Shown piece by piece: positions 1 through 9,015 of a stretch of 46,994 bases of DNA; position 1 is the first letter of the stretch, and the number at the start of each line of letters is the position of its first letter. This DNA is from Legionellaceae bacterium (GTDB lineage: Bacteria > Pseudomonadota > Gammaproteobacteria > CBCSKA01), in NCBI GenBank assembly GCA_965140885.1, contig CBCSKA010000003.1, positions 1-46,994 on the forward strand. Reading direction: 5' to 3'. Made by a program: the position numbers and the translations under genes. Under the pieces are notes generated by a model. That model saw nothing but the letters and a program-made list of their open reading frames with translations, did no database searches and was not told the DNA's origin.

Positions 1-300
1 GTTTGGACTACGATTTAATTTGATTGCCAGCATCTACAATTTTGAGCTCTATTTGTGAGTTTCGAAAGAACTCTAATGAAATAAAGCTATTTTTTTATCT
101 TTTTAAACCTAGAATCAGGTAGGTAGCTAAAATAGCCCATAGAACCTACCTACTTGATCAAAAAAATAATAAATAAAAACGGATAACTGTAAGATCAAGT
201 ATTATCCCCTATTTAAACAATTCTAGAGAATCCTATTTCTCCTCAGCAACAAGAGAATAAAGCAGCTTGTTTAAATCCACATCTTCCTAGAAAACAATAG

Positions 301-435
301 ATAGCCAAACTTTATTACATCCTGGGTAATAAACAAAAAGCTATACAAACGCTAATGAAAGCTATTGATACCATCATTTCTCATCATCATTGGGTGCTAA
401 CGTACAAACGACATAAAAGTCTCACGGAAATTTAA
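301..435 (+). pseudogene. TPR-like coding remnant
   Basis: Hand translation IAKLYYILGNKQKAIQTLMKAIDT fits the TPR helix pattern (A..Y...G....A.....KA). It is bounded by stops and has no start. Confidence 0.3.
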
Positions 436-795
436 TGAAACCCATATCTATCATAGTCTGTTTGCGATTGTTGATATTCCAAAATTAGCCTGGTTTAATG
501 GGTCGTTTTTTGGGAACGTCCAATCCAACAGAATCAACCATTTTTTCATCTGAGAAATCGCACTCAATAATTCCCCAGAAATCGATATCCACAGTAATAG
601 CATTATCTGAACATTTGTAAGCCATTTCTTAAAATAGTGTAAGACTTCTACGGTTCTAATGACATTTGATTGACGAAATTACCAAAAAAGCCAAAAATGT
701 TGGCATCTCATGCTTAAAACGTTAGTTAAAGCGTCTTAACACCTAGTTATTCTTACTTAAAAAGATAATACGTATCTTTTGGGACATGCCCTTAC

Positions 796-3204
796 ATGCG
801 TGGAATTTCGTTAAAACCCGTCAGTGCTTTCATAAATCGAGCACTGAACAACCTCAATGAAGGTTGGTATAAAACCAAAAACTGGTTTTCACGTCTTTTT
901 AACAAAAATTCACAACCGATTGATGTCAAAAAACAACAAGCGGTAAAAACCCAAGAAAGCTTTACTTTTTTACAGCATGCTTATCAGTATGGTGATAGTA
1001 AAACACTCCTATGGATAGCTGATGCTTATCTGTCTCTTTCATTAGATAAATTAGCCATCAGCTTTTTAAAAAAAGCAATGGCAATATTTCCCCAAGAACC
1101 ACGCTTAAGTGAAATCACGTTACGAGACCGTCTTTATTATCGTTTTGGGCAGTATTACGAAGGAAAATTTGAAGAAAAAAAAGCCATCTACTGGTATTCG
1201 AAGCTTGATAAAAAAGAGAGCGCTTACTACGACTTAGCTAAAATGGCATTAGGTAATATCTATTTAGCAAAAGCGATTGATAATAGCCCCACATTCGATA
1301 CGCTGTATTCTAAACAATACCAACAAAAAGCCACGAAGTATTTTTGGGATGCAGCAATTGAAGGAAGTGACGATGCTGAAAAACTCTATTACTACACCCA
1401 ACATGGGATAGAAGGTGAACTAAAATACCAAGAAGCCCAAGAAAAATTACGAAAAGATAATCAATTCATTGAAAAAGAAAAAAAGAGCAAAAGACTACAA
1501 CGTATCACCACATTACGTGACCGGATAGAAACAACGCTAGAGGCAATAAACAATCAATCCCACTCGTTAAAAAATAGCATTATAACTATTCACAAGGAGT
1601 TTATAGCGATGTTACCTCAACAAAATGCGGATAATGAATTAACTATTATAGAAGATAACAAATCTCAAGAACGCGAAGAAATAATAACACAACCACTGAA
1701 TCAGGCGCCTATACAAGATAAAGAATCGTTAAAAACACAAATGAATATCTTTAAGAAGCGGTACCAAGAAGGTGAAAAAAATATCATTAGCTTGATTGAT
1801 AATCATTTTGAATCACTTCTTGTGAAAGCAACCCAAAGTGATTTTTACAACAAAGTAGAAGCGCTTTTAAATCGCTATCAATCCGCTTTTTATTCCTTTG
1901 AAAACTATAACAGACGCAAAAATAATCCAAAGTGTGAAGATGCGATTGACAAAACCCTTTCAGATTTGAAATGTGCATTAAAAAACGCAAAAGAAGCAAA
2001 ATATGATGAACCGTTAGCAAAATTTTTGTTAAAAATAAAACAATTACCTGCTAATACAGGTTGTTCTCTGTCAGGGTTATACTGGATTAAAAATGGTTCG
2101 GATATTTTTAAGTTTTATAACTTTAGACAAAACCTCAATGCGATTTTAAAAGAATATAACGATGGCACACTGGCTGGAAATAGAATTAAAGGTGAAAACA
2201 ATCCACACGTAATTGAAATCAAAAAACAATATAAGGCACTCAAAAAAGAATTGGCTAAACTTGGGGCAACTGCTCAGCAAACGCATAATGAGATAGTAAC
2301 GCCACTGCTTGAAAAATTAACTAAAACACAACAAGAGCTGGAACTCTTTAAAAAAGAAGAAATCTATATAATTCTTGATAAAGAGAAACAAGGACTACAG
2401 CAAGAATTGAGAGAAGTAAAACAAGAAAATTCTGAATTGAAGGTAAAAATCACAAATGTAGAAAATGAATTAGTAACTCAAAAACAAAACTTTGAGCAGA
2501 AATTTAAACAAGAAAGACAAGAGCGTGCTTCCGAAAAACAAAGTTTTCAACAGGAATTAGTTTCTCAAAAACAAAACTTTCAACAGGAATTAGTAACTCA
2601 AAAACAAAACTTTGAGCAAAAATTCATACAAGAAAGGCAAGAACGCTTCATCGAAAAAAATACGTTAAAAGAAGATTTTTTGAAGAAAATCAAAAAACAG
2701 AAAGAAAAAGTAATGGATATTGACGAAAAATATAAACAGCAAGAACAAAGAGTAGAATTTTTAATAAATATTATGCTGCAACAAACAATACCCCATAACG
2801 AAATGACGAGTAATCAACCCCTAATTCAAGAAATAAGTAAAAAACCAGAATCCCATGATACTTGGATTTGTCCTATAACCCAACTAATTATGGAAGATCC
2901 CGTTATTGCTGAAGATGGGCATAGCTATGAGCGTATTGCTATTATGCAGTGGCTAGAACTTAAAAATATCAGTCCAATAACAAGACAAACTATTAGCGAT
3001 AAATTAATCACTAATTATGCGCTTAAAAACTCTATCGATGAATATCACGAAAATTGCAAAAAATGGGAAGTAGAACAAAACAGTATCCAAAGATCTTCTG
3101 TTGGCTCGTTACCTACTTTTTTTAACCATACCTATTCATCAAGCCGTATGGACAATCAATCTACATCTTCACAGCAAGCATCTACTAACAACAGACGATT
3201 TTAA
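796..3204 (+). CDS. U-box E3 ubiquitin ligase-like effector candidate (TPR/Sel1-like N-terminus, long coiled coil, C-terminal U-box)
   Basis: 802 aa. C-terminal WICPITQLIMEDPVIAEDGHSYERIAIMQWL...SPITRQ...LITNYALKNSI is a U-box signature. The central region is a K/E/Q-rich coiled coil. Confidence 0.85.
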   Translation: MRGISLKPVSAFINRALNNLNEGWYKTKNWFSRLFNKNSQPIDVKKQQAVKTQESFTFLQHAYQYGDSKTLLWIADAYLSLSLDKLAISFLKKAMAIFPQEPRLSEITLRDRLYYRFGQYYEGKFEEKKAIYWYSKLDKKESAYYDLAKMALGNIYLAKAIDNSPTFDTLYSKQYQQKATKYFWDAAIEGSDDAEKLYYYTQHGIEGELKYQEAQEKLRKDNQFIEKEKKSKRLQRITTLRDRIETTLEAINNQSHSLKNSIITIHKEFIAMLPQQNADNELTIIEDNKSQEREEIITQPLNQAPIQDKESLKTQMNIFKKRYQEGEKNIISLIDNHFESLLVKATQSDFYNKVEALLNRYQSAFYSFENYNRRKNNPKCEDAIDKTLSDLKCALKNAKEAKYDEPLAKFLLKIKQLPANTGCSLSGLYWIKNGSDIFKFYNFRQNLNAILKEYNDGTLAGNRIKGENNPHVIEIKKQYKALKKELAKLGATAQQTHNEIVTPLLEKLTKTQQELELFKKEEIYIILDKEKQGLQQELREVKQENSELKVKITNVENELVTQKQNFEQKFKQERQERASEKQSFQQELVSQKQNFQQELVTQKQNFEQKFIQERQERFIEKNTLKEDFLKKIKKQKEKVMDIDEKYKQQEQRVEFLINIMLQQTIPHNEMTSNQPLIQEISKKPESHDTWICPITQLIMEDPVIAEDGHSYERIAIMQWLELKNISPITRQTISDKLITNYALKNSIDEYHENCKKWEVEQNSIQRSSVGSLPTFFNHTYSSSRMDNQSTSSQQASTNNRRF
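2467..2645 (+). repeat. Intragenic coiled-coil repeats: 33-bp tandem unit and ~59-bp duplication
   Basis: caacaggaattagt(tt/aa)ctcaaaaacaaaacttt at 2548-2580 and 2581-2613; ELVTQKQNFEQKF.QERQER at 2467-2525 and 2587-2645. Confidence 0.85.
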
Positions 3205-3221
3205 TAAACATTTCTGCATGT

Positions 3222-3261
3222 CCTCAAAAAAGCAGCTTATAAAAAAGCTGCTTTTTTGAGG
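3222..3261. terminator. Intrinsic (probably bidirectional) terminator
   Basis: Perfect inverted repeat cctcaaaaaagcagctt/aagctgcttttttgagg just after the U-box gene stop. Confidence 0.8.
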
Positions 3262-3371
3262 GGTATTTCCCAGAAACTGTGTAATTTCATCCTAGGCATT
3301 TAAATTCTATCCTCAACTTTAATCATAAAATAGGCCATGGCTAAATTCCAATCTCGGATAGGCATGGTCCA
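3261..3371 (-). mobile_element. IS256-family 3' remnant (transposase C-terminus plus terminal repeat)
   Basis: Minus strand encodes WTMPIRDWNLAMAYFMIKVEDRI*, a typical IS256-family C-terminus. It is followed by ttacacagtttctgggaaataccc, an IS256-like end. Confidence 0.7.
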
Positions 3372-3478
3372 TATAGGACCCATCCCTATTGTAAAGGGTT
3401 TTTTTAAAGCTTTGGATAAAAGGTAAAAATTGCAGTCATATAGCTAATTCCTTGTAAATTGGATATAACTATTAATTT

Positions 3479-4566
3479 ATGACCTATTCAATTGATTTTA
3501 GAAGACATGTATTAACCATTAAAGCGGAAGAGAATTTAAGTTTTGCAGAAACCTCATTACGATTTAAGATAGGCAAATCAAGCCTTGTGCGTTGGAGCAC
3601 ATGTCTTGGGCCTAAAATAAAGCGTGATAAACCTGCAACTAAAATTAATATGGCGTTATTGAAGCAGGATATACAGAGCTATACCGATAGTTATTATCAT
3701 GAACGAGCCCAACGTTTAGGCGTTAGTAAAACGGGAATTTATTGGGCAATAAAATGTATGGGTATCAGCTATAAAAAAAACGCTACAGCATCCCAAAGCC
3801 GACGCCGAACGGCGGTTATTAATTCAACAGAATTTAACGAATGATAAGTCTTCTAATCGTAAGATAATTTACCTGGATGAAAGTGTCTTTGCTCATGACA
3901 TGCCCCGTACCCATGGCTATTCTGCCAAGGGGAAACGGTGTTATGGCAAACATAACTGGAGTGCACGTGGCCGAACAAGTGTTATTGGCGCGTTACAGGG
4001 AAATACCTTCAACACTCAGTTTGTTTGATGGAATGATTAATGGAGATATTTTTGAAGGCTGGCTAGAACAAGATTTGATCCCGAAATTGCCAGAACGCAG
4101 TGTGGTGATTATGGATAAGGCAGCTTTTCATAAAAGACCCGCAACTCAAACACTACTCGACAAAGCAGGACATACCTTAATGTTTCTGCCTCCTTATTCC
4201 CCTGTTCTTAATCCTATTTAACATACGATAGTGTCTCCATTTTTGAGACCCCTTTTGGGACATCCAAGTCCCCAAAAGGGACAAAAATTGTCGACAAGTA
4301 TGCCTGCGGCAGCCCTGGCCGTCCTGCGTACGCTCGTTATGACACGACTAGGTGTCATAACTTCACTTCCACAAATGACTTGTCGACCGTTTTGTGGGCC
4401 TTATATTTTGCCTTCGGCAAAACATCCGGCACTACGGTCTACCAGGGACTATCGGCCTCGCTCCTTCGTCGCTTCCTTGGCCGACAGCGAATGGGCACAA
4501 GCTAAAGCAATTCGAAAACAACAACACCGTTCTATTTATGATCTATTTAAATACCATTGCCCGTAA
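3479..4566 (+). pseudogene. IS630 transposase pseudogene
   Basis: HTH ORF MTYSIDFR...; A8 slippery run at 3773-3780; YLDES and MDKAAFH motifs; an extra frameshift near 4005; LNPI* where the catalytic Glu codon is TAA (4219-4221); insertion at 4226-4489; then WAQAKAIRK. Confidence 0.9.
4226..4489 (-). mobile_element. 264-bp structured non-autonomous element, copy A1
   Basis: Reverse complement of 9016-9279 with 1 mismatch. Removing it restores cat aaa tgg (H-K-W) of the IS630 transposase. Confidence 0.88.
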
Positions 4567-4612
4567 TCAATTTATAAGGAATTAGCTATAATCAATAAAA
4601 GGATGTTTTCCC

Positions 4613-4747
4613 ATGAAAAATAATACAAACAATAAATGCCACTCATATTTTGACCTTTCACAATACTATTTTGGAAAAAATAACTATGAAAAAAGTTTAA
4701 TTGCCTTGATAAAGTCGGAAGAACAAAAAGAACTAAACACAGATTAA
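4613..4747 (+). pseudogene. Short TPR-like ORF or remnant (44 aa)
   Basis: MKNNTNNKCHSYFDLSQYYFGKNNYEKSLIALIKS..., preceded by aagga. Confidence 0.25.
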
Positions 4748-5020
4748 TATCTAGATGATATATCTAATGATTTAATGGAAATTCTTTTAAAACGTTTCAT
4801 AAAAAACTGTCATGGAAATTAGATAAAAAAATAAGGAAATCAGCAATGAAAACAATACATCACTATAAAAAAAATAGCTTAAAATATCAATTGCTACCAA
4901 TGGAATTTGAAATGAAACTGAAAAAATACAAAATTTCAGTGGTAGAAGATAACCCATTAAATCAAAAAGTCGCTGGTATAACCCTAGAAATGATGGGTTA
5001 TGAGGTGGTGATTGCTAATA

Positions 5021-5940
5021 TAGTGTTTTGATTTCTAAATGATTGATTGAAAGCAATGGTCAATAGCTCCAGCAAGAGTAGTAAATTGGGATATTATTTT
5101 CTTTATCTTTGCTTTTAGGTTAGCCCAGAACTTTTCAATAGGATTAAAATCTGGCGAATAAGGAGGAAGAAATAACAAGTGACATTGAGCGTTGGTTATT
5201 AATGTTTTAGTGCGCTCAGATTTATGAAACGCAGCATTGTCCATAATAATCGTGTAGCCAGGGCCTAAAGTTGGCAGTAGGAATGAGTCCAACCAGAAAT
5301 TAAAAAGATTAGTATCACACGTCCCCTGATAGCACAAAGGCGCGATAACGTTGTTATTGTTCAAACCAGCAATGAAGCTTTCCCTCGCAAAGCGCCTTCC
5401 CGAGACTTCACCCGCAACAGGTTGACCTCGTTTACCCCAGCCGTATTCTCGGGAGATAAAGCTATCAATGCCAGACTCATCAATATATACGCACTTTTCA
5501 TCACTGTATTTTAAACGCTCTACTAGGAACAGCTGACGCTTTTCTTCACTTCGTTCCGAATAGAGCGAGGTCTTTTTTTTCGTGAAATCTTAAGTCGAGA
5601 CAATGCTCGCCACACCCCAGATTCAGTCACTCCAAAATGAGCCGCTATTTCGCTTAAATAAGCATCTGGATGATTTGCCACATATAACTGAAGTAATTCA
5701 TCTTTCAGCTTATAGGGTAAATTTGCCCTTACAGTAGCAGAAACAGTTCCTAACTCTTCTTGCCTCGTTCTCCATCTTTGTATCGACGAGCGACTTACTT
5801 TAAAGAGTTCACAGGCAGATTTAATCAATCCTCCTGAGTTGATGTAGTCTAATACTAGTTTTCTTATATCTGTTGAATGACTCATAATAAATTTTATGAG
5901 TATATCACAATATGTAAGTCATTTTAAAATCAAATTACTA
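5021..5940 (-). mobile_element. IS630-family element, apparently intact (920 bp)
   Basis: Imperfect terminal inverted repeats tagtgttttgatttctaaatga / tcattttaaaatcaaattacta; TA duplication at 5019-5020 and 5941-5942. Confidence 0.93.
5035..5885 (-). CDS. IS630 transposase (two ORFs joined by -1 frameshift)
   Basis: HTH ORF 5523-5885; A8G slippery site at ~5572-5580; the -1 frame is open through YIDESG...IMDNAAFHK...PYSPDFNPIE (complete DDE). Confidence 0.9.
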
Positions 5941-6393
5941 TAACGGAGAAGAAGCCCTTCAAAAATTTGATTCAAGTTATGATTTTATCTTAATGGATGT
6001 CGGTTTGCCCGATATGGACGGGATAGAAGTGGCGCGATGTATCCGCGAAAAAGAATTATCCCTGAATTCCCATGTCATTATTATTGCGGCAACGGCATTT
6101 GGGGATACAGTGTATGAGTCTTGTATAGCAGCAGGAATGGATGATTTTTTAACAAAACCACTTTTTGAAAAAGAGCTAGAAGCAGTACTCAATAAATACC
6201 GATAAATAAACGCTAAAAATGAGTTTAATAATGAATAATACAATAAATACACAAAAATGCCGTCAATATCTTGAAAAAGCAAAAACCTAATTTAGTAATC
6301 AGCCTTATTACAATAAGAGTTTGCTTGTTTTATTAAAGAAGTCAACGAAACTCAAAAGCAGAAAGGACAAATTAGCGTATTAGCGTAACTTAA

Positions 6394-6459
6394 AAAAATA
6401 AAACCCCTGTTTTAATTTATCTTGTAAACGGTGTGCGATTACAAGGCGTCATTATGTAA
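6394..6459 (+). pseudogene. hfq: hfq-like fragment (Sm1 motif)
   Basis: Translates KNKTPVLIYLVNGVRLQGVIM*, matching the Hfq motif (VPVSIYLVNGIKLQG). Flanked by stops. Confidence 0.6.
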
Positions 6460-6540
6460 GCACCATATATATATATTTTTAGCATAAGTTTTGGCAAAGG
6501 GTTTTATCAAAATAGCTTTTTAATGATTTTACTCTTTGCC

Positions 6541-6819
6541 TGCTGGAACACAAGGAAGCGAAGCGAGTGTGACAGCCCTCGCATCATCTGTAGGGCCGTA
6601 TGTTTTGTCGAGGTCTATGCGTTAGCATAGGCAAAGACAAAATAGAAGGCATACCGATACAGATAGAAAGTCACTGTGGTAGTTGTGTTGAACGATAAGT
6701 TCAACGCAACGAACGCAGGACTGGTGCGAGCCGCCGAAGGCACACTAGTCGCTAATTTTTTGCTCCTGAGGGGGACTTGGATGTCCCGTCAGGTTTCGTA
6801 AAAAATAGCGACTCTATCG
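6541..6819 (+). mobile_element. 279-bp divergent copy (B) of the structured element
   Basis: Shares blocks CAAGGAAGCGA, ATGTTTTG, CAAAATA.AAGGC, AAGTCA, ACGCAGGAC, GGGGACTTGGATGTCCC and terminal CTATCG with 9016-9279, in the same order. Confidence 0.82.
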
Positions 6820-6868
6820 AACTCTATTTAATTTTATATAAAAAATAGAAATTTGATTTTACTCTCGA

Positions 6869-7372
6869 TTAGGGACGCGGAGAAGCTTCTTCATAAAATG
6901 GTGCTGTTGGTTCTTGGCAATTATCTTTTGTATTATTTGTAGAATTAGAGTTATGAAAGAATTGTATCGATGAATTTTCAGTGTAATTTGGATTTTGAGA
7001 ATATTTGTTTTTTTCATATGGTACATTCACAAATTGATCCAAGGAAAAAATTTCTTTTATTTTTTTATTTTCTTCTAATATTTCATTTGTATATGTTTGA
7101 TGATTAACAATTACATCATTATTTAAGTCAATAACTTCACCTAAAATATTTGCTATGTCATTTTTTGTGAAAAATTCATTATTAGATAATAAATTTTTAA
7201 TATTTTCTATTACATTTTTAATATCTTCTATATTAGCATAAAACAAAGATTCTAAATTATTTTCATTCGTTGTGATAACATTATTAACTGTAGCTAGATT
7301 TTCTTTATTTAAACTAACATTTTCATTTTTAGATAAAGTTTTAGTATAAGTTTGAGGCATTGGAATTAGCAT
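6869..7372 (-). CDS. Hypothetical Asn-rich protein
   Basis: 167-aa ORF, aagga upstream, no recognised motif. Confidence 0.6.
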   Translation of the reverse strand: MLIPMPQTYTKTLSKNENVSLNKENLATVNNVITTNENNLESLFYANIEDIKNVIENIKNLLSNNEFFTKNDIANILGEVIDLNNDVIVNHQTYTNEILEENKKIKEIFSLDQFVNVPYEKNKYSQNPNYTENSSIQFFHNSNSTNNTKDNCQEPTAPFYEEASPRP

Positions 7373-7625
7373 AAAAAATCCTTGTATAAGCTAGCGATCA
7401 TTGAAGAGATATTATTTTTACTGTGAATTCATTTTAAAAAAGCTTTTAAAATGAATCAACTATTTTCGAATAAATTTAAAAAAGAAATGAGCGAAATACA
7501 TTTCTGAATCAATTTATAAAAGTTAAAATGAGTAAAATAATTTCTTATTTCAAATTTAGCTTATACTAATATTTTTTAAATAATTAATATATCCCTAGGG
7601 TTTATACTTATATTCATTAGATGTA

Positions 7626-8630
7626 TTACTTAAATAGCTTTTGATAGCTTTTGATATCTTCTTTATTTTTGAATGTTTGATTTGTTTCAGCTATTTTAAT
7701 AGTAAAATTATTATCAGAGTTAGTTAAGAAATAATCAAGTATGGCATCTATTTCCTTTTTATTTTCTCCTGTAATTACAATATTGTTTATTTTTGCTATT
7801 TCAATTATTTCCAAACTAGCTTTTAGAGCAAGTAAAAAATGGTTTTTTGTAGCATTAGGTAATGTTATTTTATTTTTTGATACAGAAATTAATTCTGAAC
7901 TATTTTGTTTTTCATCAGCATAGGAAATTCTATTTGTTTTAGTATCATATTGATACTGAATTTTATTATTTGTGTTATCCTTACACCATTGTTCAGCAAC
8001 TTTGGTTAAATCAATAGGTTCTGATATTTGAATAGAATTTGTTGATTTTTGAAGTGATTTGAAAAAATTACAATTTTCAAGATTTGATTTCTCTTTTGTC
8101 GTAGATTGTACTTTATTATTTTCGTCAAGTTGTAACTTATTTTTAATTAAAATATCATGAAGTATTGAATTATCAATATTAATTTCTTTTAAAATATTCT
8201 TTTTTTGTTTTTCATCATATATAAAAACGGAAGATATGTTGCCTAGCTCAGTACCATCCCTTAATTTTAAATTTTCTAATTCTATATTACAGTAAATTTG
8301 ATTTTGATCTTTGTATATTTTAATTAATACATTAAATTTTTCATCTAATTTTTTATTTGTTATAAGTGCATTTTTTATCGCTTTTATGAAAGTAGATGTT
8401 TTTATTCGGCAAGTTTTTGTAATTTCTTCCGCATTACTAATTCCAAGTTGACTATTTATTTGTTTTAGTAATTTTATTTCATCTTCTTTTGTTTTTATTT
8501 CTTTTTCATTTATCAGTAAGTTATCTATATTGATGTTTTGAATAAAACCGTTACTTGCTTCATTTGAAAACATATTTTTGATATAAATATTTTTCGAATT
8601 TTTTAAATCTTCCCTGGTTAATGTAATCAT
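7626..8630 (-). CDS. Hypothetical Lys/Asn/Ile-rich protein
   Basis: 334-aa ORF in extremely AT-rich DNA, aagga upstream. Confidence 0.7.
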   Translation of the reverse strand: MITLTREDLKNSKNIYIKNMFSNEASNGFIQNINIDNLLINEKEIKTKEDEIKLLKQINSQLGISNAEEITKTCRIKTSTFIKAIKNALITNKKLDEKFNVLIKIYKDQNQIYCNIELENLKLRDGTELGNISSVFIYDEKQKKNILKEINIDNSILHDILIKNKLQLDENNKVQSTTKEKSNLENCNFFKSLQKSTNSIQISEPIDLTKVAEQWCKDNTNNKIQYQYDTKTNRISYADEKQNSSELISVSKNKITLPNATKNHFLLALKASLEIIEIAKINNIVITGENKKEIDAILDYFLTNSDNNFTIKIAETNQTFKNKEDIKSYQKLFK

Positions 8631-9015
8631 TTTTTATCTTCCTTTTTTTTTGAATTTAGATTTTTACTATTTATTTTTTTAATTAATAAACAACAAATAG
8701 AAAGGAAAAAAAATAATTACTGCCAAAAAGAAATAGAGTCTATTTCTAAAAACTCCAAATAGCACATTGTCCTTATGTAACTATTTGTTTGAGTGAGTAA
8801 ACAGAGATAATCCTTATCATCTGTCTAGCAGTTTATTTAATTTTTATCCTTAACATCATCCTTAATGTTTGCTGCTTATAAGTTAAGTATGTAATTGATT
8901 AATTTATTTACCAGGGGGTTTTTATTCTTAAATTTGTAAGATAATAGCTATTATGTTGATACCTGGAAATTTTATGAAAATTTAATTAACAAGAGAGGGG
9001 GGGTAGGCATTCACA

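Larger units (their letters stand above)
3441..4588 (+). mobile_element. IS630-family element (inactivated, carries a 264-bp nested insertion)
   Basis: Terminal inverted repeats tagctaattccttgtaaattg / caatttataaggaattagcta (1 mismatch), flanked by TA at 3439-3440 and 4589-4590. Confidence 0.92.
4846..6205 (+). pseudogene. Single-domain response regulator (receiver) interrupted by IS630
   Basis: Removing the IS and one TA joins VVEDNPLNQKVAGITLEMMGYEVVIAN to NGEEALQKFDSSYDFILMDVGLPDMDG...AGMDDFLTKP in frame. Confidence 0.92.

Noticed and set aside
430-626. Short minus-strand ORF (MAYKCSDNAITVDIDFWG...)
   Set aside because: About 46 aa with no recognisable motif; cannot be supported.
2467-2645. 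CRISPR-like repeat
   Set aside because: The repeats are in-frame coiled-coil units with no unique spacers or cas genes.
4231-4566. 111-aa ORF, and the matching ORF 9011-9310, as a real protein or in-frame Rickettsia-RPE-like peptide insert
   Set aside because: The frame is open in copies A1/A2 (264 bp = 88 codons). The equivalent frame in copy B shifts register and hits TAG, and the IS630 stop lies upstream. Conservation is structural, not coding.
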